Below are positions 36,158 to 49,676 of a DNA stretch of 64,000 nucleotides, piece after piece. Position numbers and translations under genes: made by a program. Source of the stretch: Saccostrea cucullata (taxonomy: Eukaryota); assembly GCF_032062105.1 (NCBI RefSeq), contig NW_026922193.1:124001-188000 (forward strand). Direction: 5' to 3'. Each line of letters opens with the position of its first letter. The stretch's first letter is position 1. The notes below the pieces were generated by a model. The model was not told the origin of the DNA. It made no database searches and worked only from the letters and a program-made list of their open reading frames with translations.

Positions 36158-36750
36158 TGTGGCGGTCAGCCGGGTTCGATCGCCGGTGGCCAGATAGCTC
36201 AGTTGGTAGAGCACCTGACCGGAGTTTCAGGGGGCCCGGGTTCGAATCCCGGTCTGGTCCACTGCATTTTCTCCTCTCCCGTTACATTTGGTGCCGTGCC
36301 ATGCCCTGGAATTGACAGGTGCGAGACCGGCCAGGGATGAGCCTGGGTTGGGGTCTTTGGAGGGCCAAAGACCTTTAAGGAGGGAGGAATGTGGCGGTCA
36401 GCCGGGTTCGATCGCCGGTGGCCAGATAGCTCAGTTGGTAGAGCACCTGACCGGAGTTTCAGGGGGTCCGGGTTCGAATCCCGGTCTGGTCCACTGCATT
36501 TTCTCCTCTCCCGTTACATTTGGTGCCGTGCCATGCCCTGGAATTGACAGGTGCGAGACCGGCCAGGGATGAGCCTGGGTTGGGGTCTTTGGAGGGCCAA
36601 AGACCTTTAAGGAGGGAGGAATGTGGCGGTCAGCCGGGTTCGATCGCCGGTGGCCAGATAGCTCAGTTGGTAGAGCACCTGACCGGAGTTTCAGGGGGTC
36701 CGGGTTCGAATCCCGGTCTGGTCCGCTGCATTTTCTCCTCTCCCGTTACA
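36158..36750 (+). mobile_element. Tandem TRIM with tRNA-derived LTRs (Helenus-like): three LTRs and two internal segments
   Basis: 129-bp LTRs TG...CA at 36158-36286, 36390-36518 and 36622-36750; PBS TGGTGCCGTG; PPT AAGGAGGGAGGAA; flanked by TATA on both sides; period 232 bp. Confidence 0.85.
36188..36260 (+). ncRNA. tRNA-like cloverleaf within the LTR (copies at 36420-36492 and 36652-36724)
   Basis: Stems GGCCAGA/TCTGGTC, GCTC/GAGC, CCTGA/TCAGG and CCGGG/CCCGG; A and B boxes intact; 8-nt anticodon loop CCGGAGTT; downstream TTTT. Confidence 0.7.
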
Positions 36751-36920
36751 TATATATACATATTTAAATTATGTTCGGCTCTAGCTTTTTTATATAGATG
36801 TTTATATACTTGTACTTTGCAGTATATCATATTCCTATATAATAAAGACTTATCATAGACGTGACAGAAGGTCAATAAGATAAAGTAGACAAGCGAGTGT
36901 TTGTGATAGATCTAAGAACA

Positions 36921-38874
36921 ATGGACACGAAATTTGTTTTGATTGCACTCTGTGTTGGTAAGAAATAGGTTCATATCCTTTATATTGTAACTTGTGATTT
37001 ATAAGTTTCTTTAGGGGTTTTAAAATTCTATTTTTATGTTCGTAAATATTCAAGATATTAGACAAGGTTGAATTGTGGGTGGTACTGGTATTCACAAATG
37101 AAACCTATTGTGTGAAGACAAGTGTATGTCTATATTGAACTAAATTCTCTGTTTTGAAAAAAGTAACATATGCACTGTTAGTAATTCATCAGGATCAGAT
37201 GACTAAAATTTTGATATGTTATTTTAAAAAGAATTGATAACATACATAAAAAGGAATACAATAGATATATGTTTGTTAACTTTTTTATTGGACTTTTCTT
37301 ATCTTTAAATTTCAAAAGAAAAATACTTCCTAAAACAATTTATTGAGTTGTATTTAAAATAATTATATCAATCAGTTAAATGTTCTATCAGGTTTAGTTA
37401 CCAGCGAACACTGTACGGAAACCAATTCCTGTCATCATACGTCGTGTGATTCCGGCAGCGAGATCCACTGTGTCAACAACTTATGTACATGTACCGTAAC
37501 AACCACATGGAGTAAGTCGCTACCTCATTAGTATGTGATATGTACTGTAATAACCACAAATAGAACCTAAAGGAACTTTGTTATTTACGTTTTGTGTACG
37601 TACTTCATGAAATTAATTGTTTTGTTATTTACATGTACTTATCTTCCATTCTGTAATTATTATATATTTCCATTTCTAAATTTTTTCTCTATAATAACCC
37701 TTTGAAAGTAAGCGGAGTTGATTTCCTGATAACGGAATGTAAATTAGGCAGGTCGATAGGTCAGGAGCTAAGGAGGCCTAATACGCATGCAAATTTTGTG
37801 CGCATCTGTCTCTGTGTCTGACGCTAAGGAGGTTAAATATGCATGTAAATCTCGTGCGGTTGCCTTTGTGTTTGACGTCAGTGTGCTAGGACTATTGAAA
37901 TTGGCATGGAAGTCCTCGTGTAATTTAAATCGATTAGTCTACATTCTTAATGTCTAAGTCTACAATTTTATTTCACAATGAAATGGAAATATAAGGAATC
38001 ATTGTTTTGTTGCCAGGGACATTTACATGATAATTTTAGCATAACGGGCTTCGCCCATTATGCAAATTAATCATTATATGAGAACTCTCATAGATTCCTT
38101 AAATAAGAAGCATGGATTATACAGACTTACTCGCTAGTCAGCAGTAATGTATTAAGTAATTCAAACAATACAAATCAGGAGTAGAGCAAACACGAACATC
38201 TAAAACATCAGAGGTGGAATCAGGCGCCACCGTGGATGGTGGTTCCAATGTCGACCGGTCACATCCGCTGTGTGCTCCATGTCATTATCAGGAAAAACAA
38301 AAAAATCTGTCAACAATCCAGTGTCACAATAAATCGATTTATCAGCTGTGTACAATTCTTAAACCATATCAGAGAACAATTCCGTGCGTAACTGTTGGAG
38401 GGTCTGACCAGTCGACATGAAAATACTCACTCTAAAATGGTACCTGATCCCAGGTCGGGTGTTTTCAGGGGTCACCCTGCTCTAAATCTACATTGCTTAT
38501 TTGGAATTTTGAACGTGAATTCTGTACAGTATCTTTATAAATATTTTAATGTGTTTAAACCTTATAAATGTGCTCAATATCAAATACTTAAACCATTTTA
38601 AATCAGTGCACTAATTTGAAATACAGTACACGTTATGTCATGTCAATAAGGCAGTAACTCTGTAGATATCTATGTTTGGTCACAGAATATGTTATTTTGT
38701 TCAGTAACAACTTAACTGTATTCCACTGCAATTTTTATTTCTATAACTTTATCATATTTTCTATTTTTTTCAGCTTGTACTGACGTGCAGACCTGTCTAG
38801 CAATCAACGCCTGGATATGTCCTCAGAACAGACGACACTGTATCGACGGAAGGTGCAGATGTACCCAGTTCTGA
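36921..38874 (+). CDS. Cvsi-2-like secreted serine protease inhibitor (I84-type), 3 exons (36921-36957, 37392-37511, 38774-38874), 85 aa
   Basis: Spliced product MDTKFVLIALCVGLVTSEHCTETNSCHHTSCDSGSEIHCVNNLCTCTVTTTWTCTDVQTCLAINAWICPQNRRHCIDGRCRCTQF; signal peptide and 12 mature-region Cys; GT-AG junctions. Confidence 0.88.
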
Positions 38875-40361
38875 ATGTCTACATATCACTTACACACAAA
38901 GCAACAATTTGTTCATAAATATCTTGTTTCCAACCCGAGTGTTTTCTCTTACTAGATAAAACAACACATTTTTGCTTTTTTCTTGTTATTCTCTCAATTT
39001 TGATATCCTTTTCACCGGAATATGTACTTTTAAAATTGCTTAATAATAAAAAAAAAATACACCTATCTGAAATCTGAGATAGACATCTGTGTCCTAAAAA
39101 ATGGAATGTCCATTTCCTGCGTTATTTTTTTAAATTAACCTTTAATTTATTAAAAGGATTTTCCTGTGCTATTATTTTTATCAGAAAATAATTATTCTAA
39201 TCAATTTTGAAAATCGTTTTATTTTTTCATGGTCATATTTGGAGGTGTTGTGTTTCCTGTGATTATAGAAAACTGAATTTATACCTTTACGTATATTCCA
39301 GTTTGGATTTTTGTTTCCGTCATTTAAACAAAAAATGTAATCTCTGATCTTTAATTCACTCAGATATATTCAGGGAAAATAATTGTCATTTAATGAAATG
39401 TCTTCGACATTATTATCTTCAAACAAGAAGGCTTCAGCATGGGGTTTCCCCTCTCAGAAATGTTTTTTTTAAACAAAATAATTATTGCTTCATTAAAATA
39501 TGATATATATGGAGATAACGAACAGTATTCAAGCTCAAAAGTCCATAAAACAATGCAAAATAGGAGCAGAGCAAACAAGGACCTCCAAAACATCAGAGGA
39601 GGGATCAGGTGCCATGGAGAAGTGAGCATCTCATGTCGACCGGTCACATCCACCGTGTGCTCCTTGCCATTATCGAAAAAAATCCGGGAAAATCCGTCGT
39701 CAAATCTATGTGTAAATAATGACGTTACAATTAATGTGAAAAAGTCAGTCAGCATTTGACTCAATGACAAATTATTTTTGCTGACAAGTTCATTGTATCG
39801 ACCATAGAACCTTCGATATGATGACTTTAAACGAGACAGCTGATATTCTTGTTTCAGCAACTAGTTTGTCGATAACATACCTCAATATAAAGGTTGCGCA
39901 TACGTAGAGCATGCTCTTGCGTATCAAATCAATTGAGAGATATCAGCCCGTATGCAGGTGATGAAGGTATACTGTTGGATATTTTTAAACGGGAAGTTGA
40001 CGATTGAAAACATAAAGTCATTTTGTTTGTCACAAAGCTTGGTTGTTAGATTACCATCAACCTCTTTTTCAAATAAGATATCTAAATATGAAACAGATGC
40101 TTTAGACTCTGTGGTATTTTTTTTATCTCAACCCAACCGGGATATATCGTATTGACATAAGAATGGAAATAACCATTGTTAGGAGAAAATATTTTGTCGA
40201 TTTATCTAATGGTGATGGGCACACTGTTTTCTTCTTTTCATCTATCAGATTTTGGGAAAAAAATTGCTACTCTGCTACATATGAATACAAAAATATGTCT
40301 GCTAACAACCGGGTGCAATTGGTACCCATGGGAATTCCAATGGACTGCTGGAAGACCAAGT

Positions 40362-40365
<4 letters not shown>

Positions 40366-40400
<35 letters not shown>

Positions 40401-41750
40401 CAAGGTGGCTAGGAAAAACGCAGAAATCGTTTTTTATTGAAAGTTTAAACCCAATAGTGGTCCAATCCTTAAAGGGGAGAGGGTATGATTTGAACAAACT
40501 TGAATCTACACTAACTAAGGATGCTTGCATATTTCTTTGACTACCTGTGGCTTTATTGCCCTTTACATTTGAACTTACATTGTGACCGCGCCCTACCCCC
40601 AGAGGTCATCACTTGAACAAACTTAAATCTACACTACCTGAGAATGCTTCCATATGAATATGACTAATGATGGCTTTCCCATTCTTGAAAAGAAGATTTT
40701 TAAAGATTTCTTCTACATGTTTCTATGTAAAACTTGGATTCCATGTTATGGCCCCGCCCTATCCCCAGCGGTCATAATTTGAGCAAACTTGAATCTACAC
40801 TACCTGAGGATGCTTCCATATAAATATGACTTATCATGGCTGCTATGCTTTTTAAAAAAAATCTCTATATATTTCTATGTAAAACTTTGATCAGACATTT
40901 TGGCCCTACCCTACCCCCGTGGGTCATGATTTAAATAAACCTGAATCGCCACTACCTGAGGATGCTTCCATAAAAATATGATCATTCATGCCTTTGCTAT
41001 TCTTGAAAAGAAGATTTTTAAAGAATTTTCCTAAATATTTCATTGTAAAACTTTGATCGGCCATTGTGGCCCCGCCCTACCCCTGGGGGTCATGATTTGA
41101 AGAAAAACTTCAATCTCCACTACCTGAGCTTCCATATAAATATGATCATTTATGCCTTTGCTTTTCTTGAGAAGAACATTTTAAAGAATTTCCCTATATA
41201 TTTCTATGCAAAAATTTGATCGGCCATTGTGGCCCCGCCCTACCCAAGGGTCATGATTTGAATAAACCTGAATTTCCACTTCCTGAGGATGCTTCCATAT
41301 AAGTACGATCATTCATGCCTTTGCTATTCTTGAAAAGAAGATATTTTTAAAAAATATTTTCCTATATTTTTCAATGTAAAACTTTGATCGGCCATTGTGG
41401 CCCCGCCCTACCCCTGGGGTCATGATTAGAACAAACTTGAATCTCTGAGGATGCTTCCATATAAATATGATCATTCATGCCTTTGCTATTCTTGAAAAGA
41501 AGATTTTTAAGGATTTTCCTATATATTTCTATGCAAAACTTTGATCGGCCTTTGTGGCCCCACCCTACCCCTGCGGGGTCATGATTTAAACAAACTTGAA
41601 TTTACACTACCCGAGAATGCTTCCCTATAAGTTTCATTTTCCTGGCACAGTGGTTCTTGAGAAGAAGATTTTTAAAACATACCACAAAATTTTCACTATT
41701 TCTGAATTATCTCCCCTTGAATAAGGGAGTGGCCTTTCATTTGAACAAAC

Positions 41751-41781
<31 letters not shown>

Positions 41782-41794
41782 GCAAGTTTGGGTA

Positions 41795-41831
<37 letters not shown>

Positions 41832-41854
41832 GTGAAAAGTTAACGACGACGACA

Positions 41855-41896
<42 letters not shown>

Positions 41897-41913
41897 TGGC
41901 TCAGGTGCGCTAA
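40366..41913 (+). mobile_element. HINE/Pearl-like element with ~165-bp tandem core
   Basis: Same head as 32373; (GAC)n; 3' hairpin TGAGCCTTTGGCTCAGGTG. Confidence 0.82.
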
Positions 41914-42521
41914 CAAGAGACCCATGGGCTACATCGGTCACCTGAGCACTTTGGCTAGAAAAAAGAAGAAATTAGTCTATTATTAAATAGGTTAAATCCA
42001 AAAGTAGTCCCAACCATTTCTTAAAGGAGAGAGGATATAATTTGCAAAAACTTGAATCTACACTACTCGACAATGCTTCCATATGAATATGATCAAACAT
42101 GGCTTTGCTATTCTGGAGAAAAAGATTTTTAAAGAATTTTCCTATATATTTCTATGTAAAACTTTGGTCGGCCATTGTTGCCCCGCCCTACCCCCGGGGG
42201 TCATGATTTGAACAAACTTGAATCTACATTACCTGAGGATGTTTCCATATAAGTATGATCAATACTGTCTTTGTTATTCTTGAGAAGAAGTTTTTAAAGA
42301 ATTTTCCTATATATTTCTATACAAAACTTTGATCGGCCATTGCGGCCCTACCCCCGGAGGTCATGATTTCAATAAACCTGAATTGCCACTACCTGAGGAT
42401 ATTTCCACCAAAGTTTCATTTTTCCCGGCACAGTGGATCTTGAGAAGAAGATTTGTAAAACATGCCACCAAATTTTCACTATTTCTGAATTATCTCCCCT
42501 TGAATGAGGGCGTGGCCCTTC

Positions 42522-42564
<43 letters not shown>

Positions 42565-42597
42565 GCAAGTTTGGTTGAAATTGACGCCGGACAAAAT

Positions 42598-42643
<46 letters not shown>
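41912..42643 (+). mobile_element. HINE/Pearl-like element, head-to-tail with the previous copy
   Basis: Head AACAAGAGACCCATGGGC...; 3' end TGAGCTTTCGGCTCAGGTGAGCTAAAA. Confidence 0.82.
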
Positions 42644-43316
42644 CCACATAGATATTGTGAATCAGGAACTCAAGCATCTTTTTAATATCAACTTCAGAAT
42701 ACGCGTGTGTACAGTAATGTCTTTTAATAAAATAATATTTAATATTTCCAAAATTTCCTTTAAATTTTTTAATATTTACAACACTTCTCAAATATAGATT
42801 CCTTAAGTTTCTCCTTCACTACTGTTGAATGTTTAGTGAGGAGTAAAGAAAGAGGCTTGGTTGAACATTTTACTGGAACCCACAATGTATCTTTCTAAGA
42901 TTTTTTCTAAAATTTTAGAATCCAATATACCGGTAGATTTGGAAACTCGAATTCATGTTGGTTGTTTGGAATATTAGAAGATTAAACACTAACATAATAT
43001 GTATACGTCTACATATACTAGTATTAAGTTAATGATGAAGTTAACAATTAGTATTCGTGTATATTTCCAAAAACATATCACATTTAAACTGACACACAAT
43101 GAGGTTTGAAATATTCCAAACATTCCTTGTTGCAATCATATACAAATGCAGTGTCCCTTCTGTTCTCTAAGGCTTTAAGTACTAGTAAGTTCATTTTTTA
43201 AAACTCCTTTTTAAATGAATTATGATCAACTATTTGATAAACAGCGTTTGAAATCCTCAAATTGACTTGTTTTAGTGTGTCTATCGTTACATTCCCTTAC
43301 TTATGCAGCAAATAAC

Positions 43317-43484
43317 NNNNNNNNNNNNNNNNNNNNNNNNNNNNNNNNNNNNNNNNNNNNNNNNNNNNNNNNNNNNNNNNNNNNNNNNNNNNNNNNNNNN
43401 NNNNNNNNNNNNNNNNNNNNNNNNNNNNNNNNNNNNNNNNNNNNNNNNNNNNNNNNNNNNNNNNNNNNNNNNNNNNNNNNNNNN
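43317..43484. other. Assembly gap (168 N)
   Basis: Run of n characters. Confidence 1.
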
Positions 43485-45170
43485 GAGCATGCTCTACGTA
43501 TGAGCAATTTCTAAAACGAGGTAAATTATTGACAAGCAAGTTAATGAAACAAGAATATCAGCAGTCTCATTAAAAGTCATCATTTCGTAAGTTCTATGGT
43601 CGATACAATGACCTTTTCAGCAAATACAATCTATCATTGAGTCAAATGCTGACTGACGTTTTTCGTACCAATTGTTAGTCCATTATTTATATGCTGAATT
43701 GACGACGGATTTTTTCGTTATTTCCCGATCATGACAAGGAGCACACGGCGGGTATGACCGGTCAGCAGGGGATGCTCACACCTCCATGGCACCTGATCCC
43801 ACCTCTGAAGTTTTGGAGGTCCGTGATTGCTCTGCTCTTAATGTGTATTGTTTTATGGACTTTGATATTGAATACTGTTCGTTATCTCCAGATCTTTCAT
43901 CAAAATCATACCAAAATCAACAGCTTAAAAACTTACGACTTTTCAACTTTATCCACAGCCATTCCCCGCGATAAATTAAAGTCCAGGCTTTTTGATATCA
44001 TTGACAGCTGCTTTTTCAATAAAAATGGAACTCGTAAATTTAACCTGGTCATTGGTGGACGTGGATGCTCAAAAATTCCAAATAACTTTTGGACAATTTG
44101 AAGCCACAAGATTTTAAAAATGGAACGATAAATTACAGAACAGGCTTTTAAATATTATTGATAATGTTTTGTCAATTACATAAATTTGCTTACCTGGTCA
44201 TTGGTCATTTGCAAAATTATTTTGTTAAAACACATTCTGATTGCACACACAAGTACTCTGAAGTTGACCTCAAAAAGATGCTTGAGTTTCTGATTGACAA
44301 TATCTATGTGGTTTTTGGAGACCAGGTATTCCAACAATCTATTGGAATTCCTATGGGTACCAATTGCGCTCCGTTATTAGCAGACCTATTTCATATTCAT
44401 ATGAAGCAGAATTTGTGCAAAATCTAATGCGTGAAAAGAAGAAAACACTTACTGTGGCCTTCAACACGACATTTAGATACATCGACGGCGTATTGTCAAT
44501 TAACAATGGTCATATCCATTCCTACGTCGATACGATATATCCTGGTGAGCTTGATATAAAAGACACCACAGAGTCTGACACATCTGTTTCATACTTGGAT
44601 ATTTTACTTGAAAAAGACGTTAATGTTAATCTAACAACCAAGCTGTATGATAAACGTGATGACTTTAACTTTTCTATCCTCAGCTTCCCTCACTTATGCA
44701 GCAATATACCTTCATCACCTGCATATGGAGTGTATATATCTCAGTTTATTCGATACGCAAGAGCATGCTCTACGCATGAACAATTTCTAAAACGAGGTAA
44801 ATTATTGACAAGCAATTTGATGATACAGGAATATCAACAGTCTCGTTTAAAGTCATCATTTCGTAAATTCTATGGTCGATACAATGACCTTATCAGCAAA
44901 TACAATTTATCATTGAGTCAAATGCTGACTGACGTTTTTCATATTAATTGTTGGTCCATTATTTATACACTGAATTGACGAGGGATTTTCTCGTACTTTC
45001 CCGATCATGACAAGGAGCACCGGGTGTGACCGGTCAGCAGGGGATGCTCACTCCTCCATGTCACCTGATCCCACCTCTGATGTTTCGGAGGTCTGTGTTT
45101 GCTCTGCTCCTATTTTCAATTGTTTTATGGACTTTGATACTGAATACTGTTCGTTATCTCCATATCCTTA
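43485..45170 (+). mobile_element. Penelope-like retroelement: 3' segment followed in tandem by a longer frameshifted RT copy
   Basis: TYDFSTL, QQSIGIPMGTNCAPLLADLF, FRYIDGVLSINN, YLD, LYDKRDDFNF, PAYGVYISQ; the 3' tail occurs twice (43730-43895 and 45000-45170). Confidence 0.82.
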
Positions 45171-45253
45171 TTTTGCATGTTTTAAATGCGATAAGAACAA
45201 AAAGTATTTTAGCTGCTATTCAGTGTAGGAAGTATTGATTTTCGAGTATTTAT

Positions 45254-46714
45254 TTAGAGTCTTGTACATCTGCATTCTCCATCAATACAGTGGCGCCTGG
45301 ACAAAGGACAGTTCCAGTTGTTAACTCGTTGACAATCCGTCAAAGATGTACATCCTGAAAATAACAAAAGATTTATTTTTTATGTATATACGCTTATATA
45401 CAGGGCTATAAATAGAGCAATTGATATTTCTGGGATCAGATGAGATATTTTAAGTACTAACTGTGTTCAGAGGAATCCGTGCACGTGCAGATCCCGTGGA
45501 CGCAGTGAAGCTGACTGGTGCTGTCACACTGTGTATGTGAACAGTCGCCATCACTTCGGCAGGACTCGGCTGCTACATATCCTGTAAGAAATACACTTTG
45601 ACGTCATCAAATAGCTCAAACTGGTTACATTCGAAAATTAGTAGATCAAACTATACAGATTTGTAGATGCGTAGAAGTTGTTATATGCAATTCCTATATA
45701 ATTTATTGCGCAAAGCATATTGCATCTAAATATCGACGAATTTTGAGGGTCATAATGGCATTTGTGATAAAGAAATGCACTACTCAAGGCACTCGATGGT
45801 AACCCAATGTTTCGAAAAATGAGTAAAAACGACAGCGTGTTAGAACATCTAAACAATTATTTTTTAAAAAAATAAAAAATTGGAGTTGTCCACGTTTGTC
45901 TGAAATTCAAACAGATATAGTGAAACTTGAATCCATTTCTTTAAACTCTCAAAACAAATCATTACAAATTTACCATAAGATGCACTTGACAAAAACAGCA
46001 AAGGTCTGGGACGAGGAAAGAATTGCAATAGCACAATAACAGTTTTAGTTGCCATCTTTAAATATTACTAGTCTTGTTGCTCAAATATTTATTCAGGGAG
46101 GCAGCTCAATTTCTGGAGAAGTCTAGAAAGCAAACTTTTGCGAAAAAATCAAAAGGTTTATGAGAGGATGGAACCAGAATCAGGAATCTACTACAATAAA
46201 TCTCTTCACGACAGCGTCCAAACCCACACACCATGAAGTAGTTTTGGGGATAATCAGAAAGTTAATGTTTTGTCATACCAATAATATTCGCCAGATCTTT
46301 CAACCTTTGACTTGTTTCATTTTCCAAACTTGAAAAAACATGTTTCAGAAAGAAGAGAAAAGTCAAGGATATAAAAGGATCTGCCATATTTCAGTATACG
46401 AAGGGCCATACTAAAAATACGTTCTAAAACAGAAACTAGATAAAAATTTACGGACATCTGTTTTAACAAAAAGAAAATATTTAAGTGAAATCATTCAGGC
46501 TAAATCATTGAAAAGCGTTCTTAGATTCTTTCCGAGCACTGAGGACATTATTTACTGAACAGCCCTCGTACATGTATACGTAGAAGATAGCATATTATGT
46601 TGAATCATTTATAGTGGATGCCTGAACATCGCTCAGGATGAAACATGATTTAAGTCGATAAAACAGACAGACAAACTTACCAACGACGACGGCCAAAAGG
46701 AGGAAGACTTTCAT
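45254..46714 (-). CDS. Cvsi-2-like protease inhibitor, 3 exons (46714-46681, 45581-45462, 45354-45254), 84 aa
   Basis: MKVFLLLAVVVGYVAAESCRSDGDCSHTQCDSTSQLHCVHGICTCTDSSEHRCTSLTDCQRVNNWNCPLSRRHCIDGECRCTRL; TATATAAG about 50 nt upstream. Confidence 0.9.
46190..46570 (+). mobile_element. Mariner transposase C-terminal remnant with right terminus
   Basis: LLHD...YSPDLSTFDLFHFPNLKK motif and terminal TTACTGAACAGCCCTCGTA; lies in intron 1 of the inhibitor gene. Confidence 0.7.
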
Positions 46715-48319
46715 GGCTTTGATAGAAAAATCAGTGAACGGCGATAGAACGGCGATGTCGTCTTATATATCCATATCAAAAAGGTCACTGGTGGTCAACA
46801 TAGTCTCACGTTTTCAAAGCTTATCAAATACCAAAATATACCTCCATATCTTCACATTTTATGCATGAGATTATAAAGGTATTACGTCCTGACAATTATT
46901 TCATGAACTACTCCGGATTTATCCTGGCCATGATCTGGATCATTGTGGTTAAATTCGGTTTGTTTCGTGCTTCAGTTTGATTCACCTTTCTTTAGAAAGA
47001 TGGATATACGGAAGGTTTGAAATATTAAATGATTTTTAAATGATTGTATATATATCTAATTTTATTCCAACAAGTTAAGATGAAATTAATGCTTTTCTAC
47101 GATAAATAATTACATTTAGTTTCATTCACTTTCAGCATTTTGCACTGGAGCTACACTTCCAGATCTATACACAAAAAATGCACAAAGTAACTTATATGTC
47201 CAACGGGCCTGATATAAAATTTGTTATATTTCCATTCCTATTTTTTTTCTCTATGATAACTCTTTGAAAGTTAGTGGAGTTGTTTTCTTGATATTCTACC
47301 GATCGGTATGTTAATTAGGCGAATCGATAGCTCGGGAGCTAAGGAGGCCTTATATGCATGTAAATCTCGTCCACGTCTGTCGATTTGTCCGACGCAATAC
47401 GGAACCCAACTATGCATGAAAATCTCTTGCGGCTGTCTTTGTGTTTGACGTCAGTGAGCGAGGACTATTTGATTTGGCATGGGAGTCCTCGTGTAATTTA
47501 AATCTATAAAATCTAAATCTTTAAAGTCTTAATCTACAATTTATATCACAATGAAATGGATAATCAAGAAATCACTGTCTAGTTAGTACAGTATGCCAGG
47601 GACATCAACCATAGTTGGAAATGTGGGATAATATATGCATAACGGGCTTCGCCGTTATGCAAATTATCCCACGTTCCCCATGGTTGATGCCCTGGCATAC
47701 TATACTAGCTAGACAGTGATTCCTTGAATATCCATAATTATGGTACATTTAATATTCTGTATGTACTGCAGAGCCGTGCTACACGTGTATCATTAGATCT
47801 ATTTTTCCAATTATAGATTTCTTCCGGCCAACGACGCCACTCACTTCCCCTGCCAACATTCCCTCTTGCCCCACGACACACAACGCGGTCATAATTGGTG
47901 GAGATATCCTAAGGGTTACATATATTTTGGTTTAAATACATCCAGAACAGATGTAAAGTCCCAGCCATTATGGGTTATATGTATAAATATAGGCCATTTT
48001 TTTTAAAACGACAAAACTATATAGGCCAATCGGAGATAACATTTAACACTTTTGCTATGAAAGTGCTATCAGTCAAAGTAGGCAGATCATAATAGAAAAT
48101 GTGAACGAACCTACATGAATATTCACTAAACCTAGAAATTGTTTTGAATTGAATTTCGGTTAGAAACACATGCATGTGGTCCACGTATTGTAGTCCTTTT
48201 TTTAAAGGACAGCAACTTGTTGAAACATTCACTGAAATATTTATTCCCTCACTTACTGATTTATTAACTTACACTTCATTGAATTCCTATAATTTCAATA
48301 TAGTAAAATGAAATACACT

Positions 48320-48770
48320 GTATATGGACTTTGATATTGAATACTGTTATCTCCATATCCTTCATTCAAGATCAAGTGTCCATAAAACAATACAAAATAG
48401 GAGTAAAGCAAACAAGGATCTCCAAAACATAAGAGGAGGGATCAGGTGCCATGGAGGAGTGAGCATCCCCTGTCCACCGGTCATTTCCGCCGTGTTCTTC
48501 TTGTCATGATAGGAAAATAAAAAAAATTCGTTGACAATTCAGTATATCTAATGACCTCACAATTAGTATAAAAAACGTCAGTCAGCATTTGACTTTATGA
48601 TAAACTGTATTTGCTGACAAGGTTATTGTTTCGACCATAGAACATACGAAATGATTACTTTAAGCGAGACTGCTGATATTCTTGTTTCATAAACTTGTGA
48701 GTCAAAAACTTACCACGTTTAAAATCGTTCGTACATAGAGTATACTCTTGCTTATCGAATGAACTGAGTA
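48320..48770 (-). mobile_element. Penelope-like 3' fragment with a short inverted tail
   Basis: Family 3' tail on the minus strand, preceded by a short plus-strand copy of the tail end. Confidence 0.7.
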
Positions 48771-49676
48771 ATATTGTCTTGTTTTAAATAAAGCCTCTAA
48801 ATCTCAAATGTAGTCTACACCTGTCGTCCATATAGGACCAATAGCGTTACATGGAGTCTACTGTGGATTAATGGATCAACTTTCTATTCATTTCATTCCT
48901 ACCTTTATCAACTATTGGAAATGTATCTTGGAAAAGGTTCTAACAAACAGAGACAATTTATTGTTTATATTTACATCTGTATGAAAAAACATTCAGAGTA
49001 AAAATTAATAAGTTAAATTTCACAGTGACATGTAAAAATCAGGAATCACTGTCTAGTTGCAGTGTAGAATAGTATGCCATAAACATCAACGACAGATGGA
49101 AACGTGGGGAAATTCATGCATACCCTGTCATACACAACAAACTAACAGTATTCCTTAAATATATATTTGTCAGTTTCTTGTGATTAAGATTTTATTGCTT
49201 CTAACATTCCGTAATTTTCTCAGTTTAGATGCATTACTACAACATATTTTAAATTGTTAGGAACAGATATGATTTCATATTCAAATTACATGTAAATATT
49301 TGGTTAAATATACAAATGTTGCATATTTTGATATTGGAAAGTATTTGCTCAAAATTGATTTTAAAAAACATTTTTAATGAATAAATCTTAAAAAAGAACA
49401 TACCAAACAATATATGAGTTTTGAAGATACGTACCTCGTTTTGTGAAATTGCATTTGACTTGTCAAGGAAAACAACACAAAAAAAATTCAAGTAAATTGT
49501 GACTGTTGCAACTGAAACACATCTATGGCATTTCATATAAAAAGCTCGGATCATTCAACAGAGATATTTAAAATTTGACATTCTTGTTATTCGAGATATT
49601 TTGTTAGTATTTTAGACTCCTCGATATAATTTCTTTGAGTAATTTACATTTATTGTTAGATAGGCTTTTCAATTTA

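Larger units (their letters stand above)
39500..42900 (-). mobile_element. Penelope-like remnant split by two tandem HINEs
   Basis: The minus-strand RT region (PMGTNC.RLLAD, FYGRYN) stops at ~40365 and resumes at ~42641. Confidence 0.75.

Noticed and set aside
36188-36724. Cluster of three functional tRNA genes
   Set aside because: The anticodon loop has 8 nt without the canonical U-turn context, and each copy lies inside an LTR bounded by a PBS and PPT.
43275-43539. ORFs spanning poly-X
   Set aside because: Artefacts of the assembly gap.
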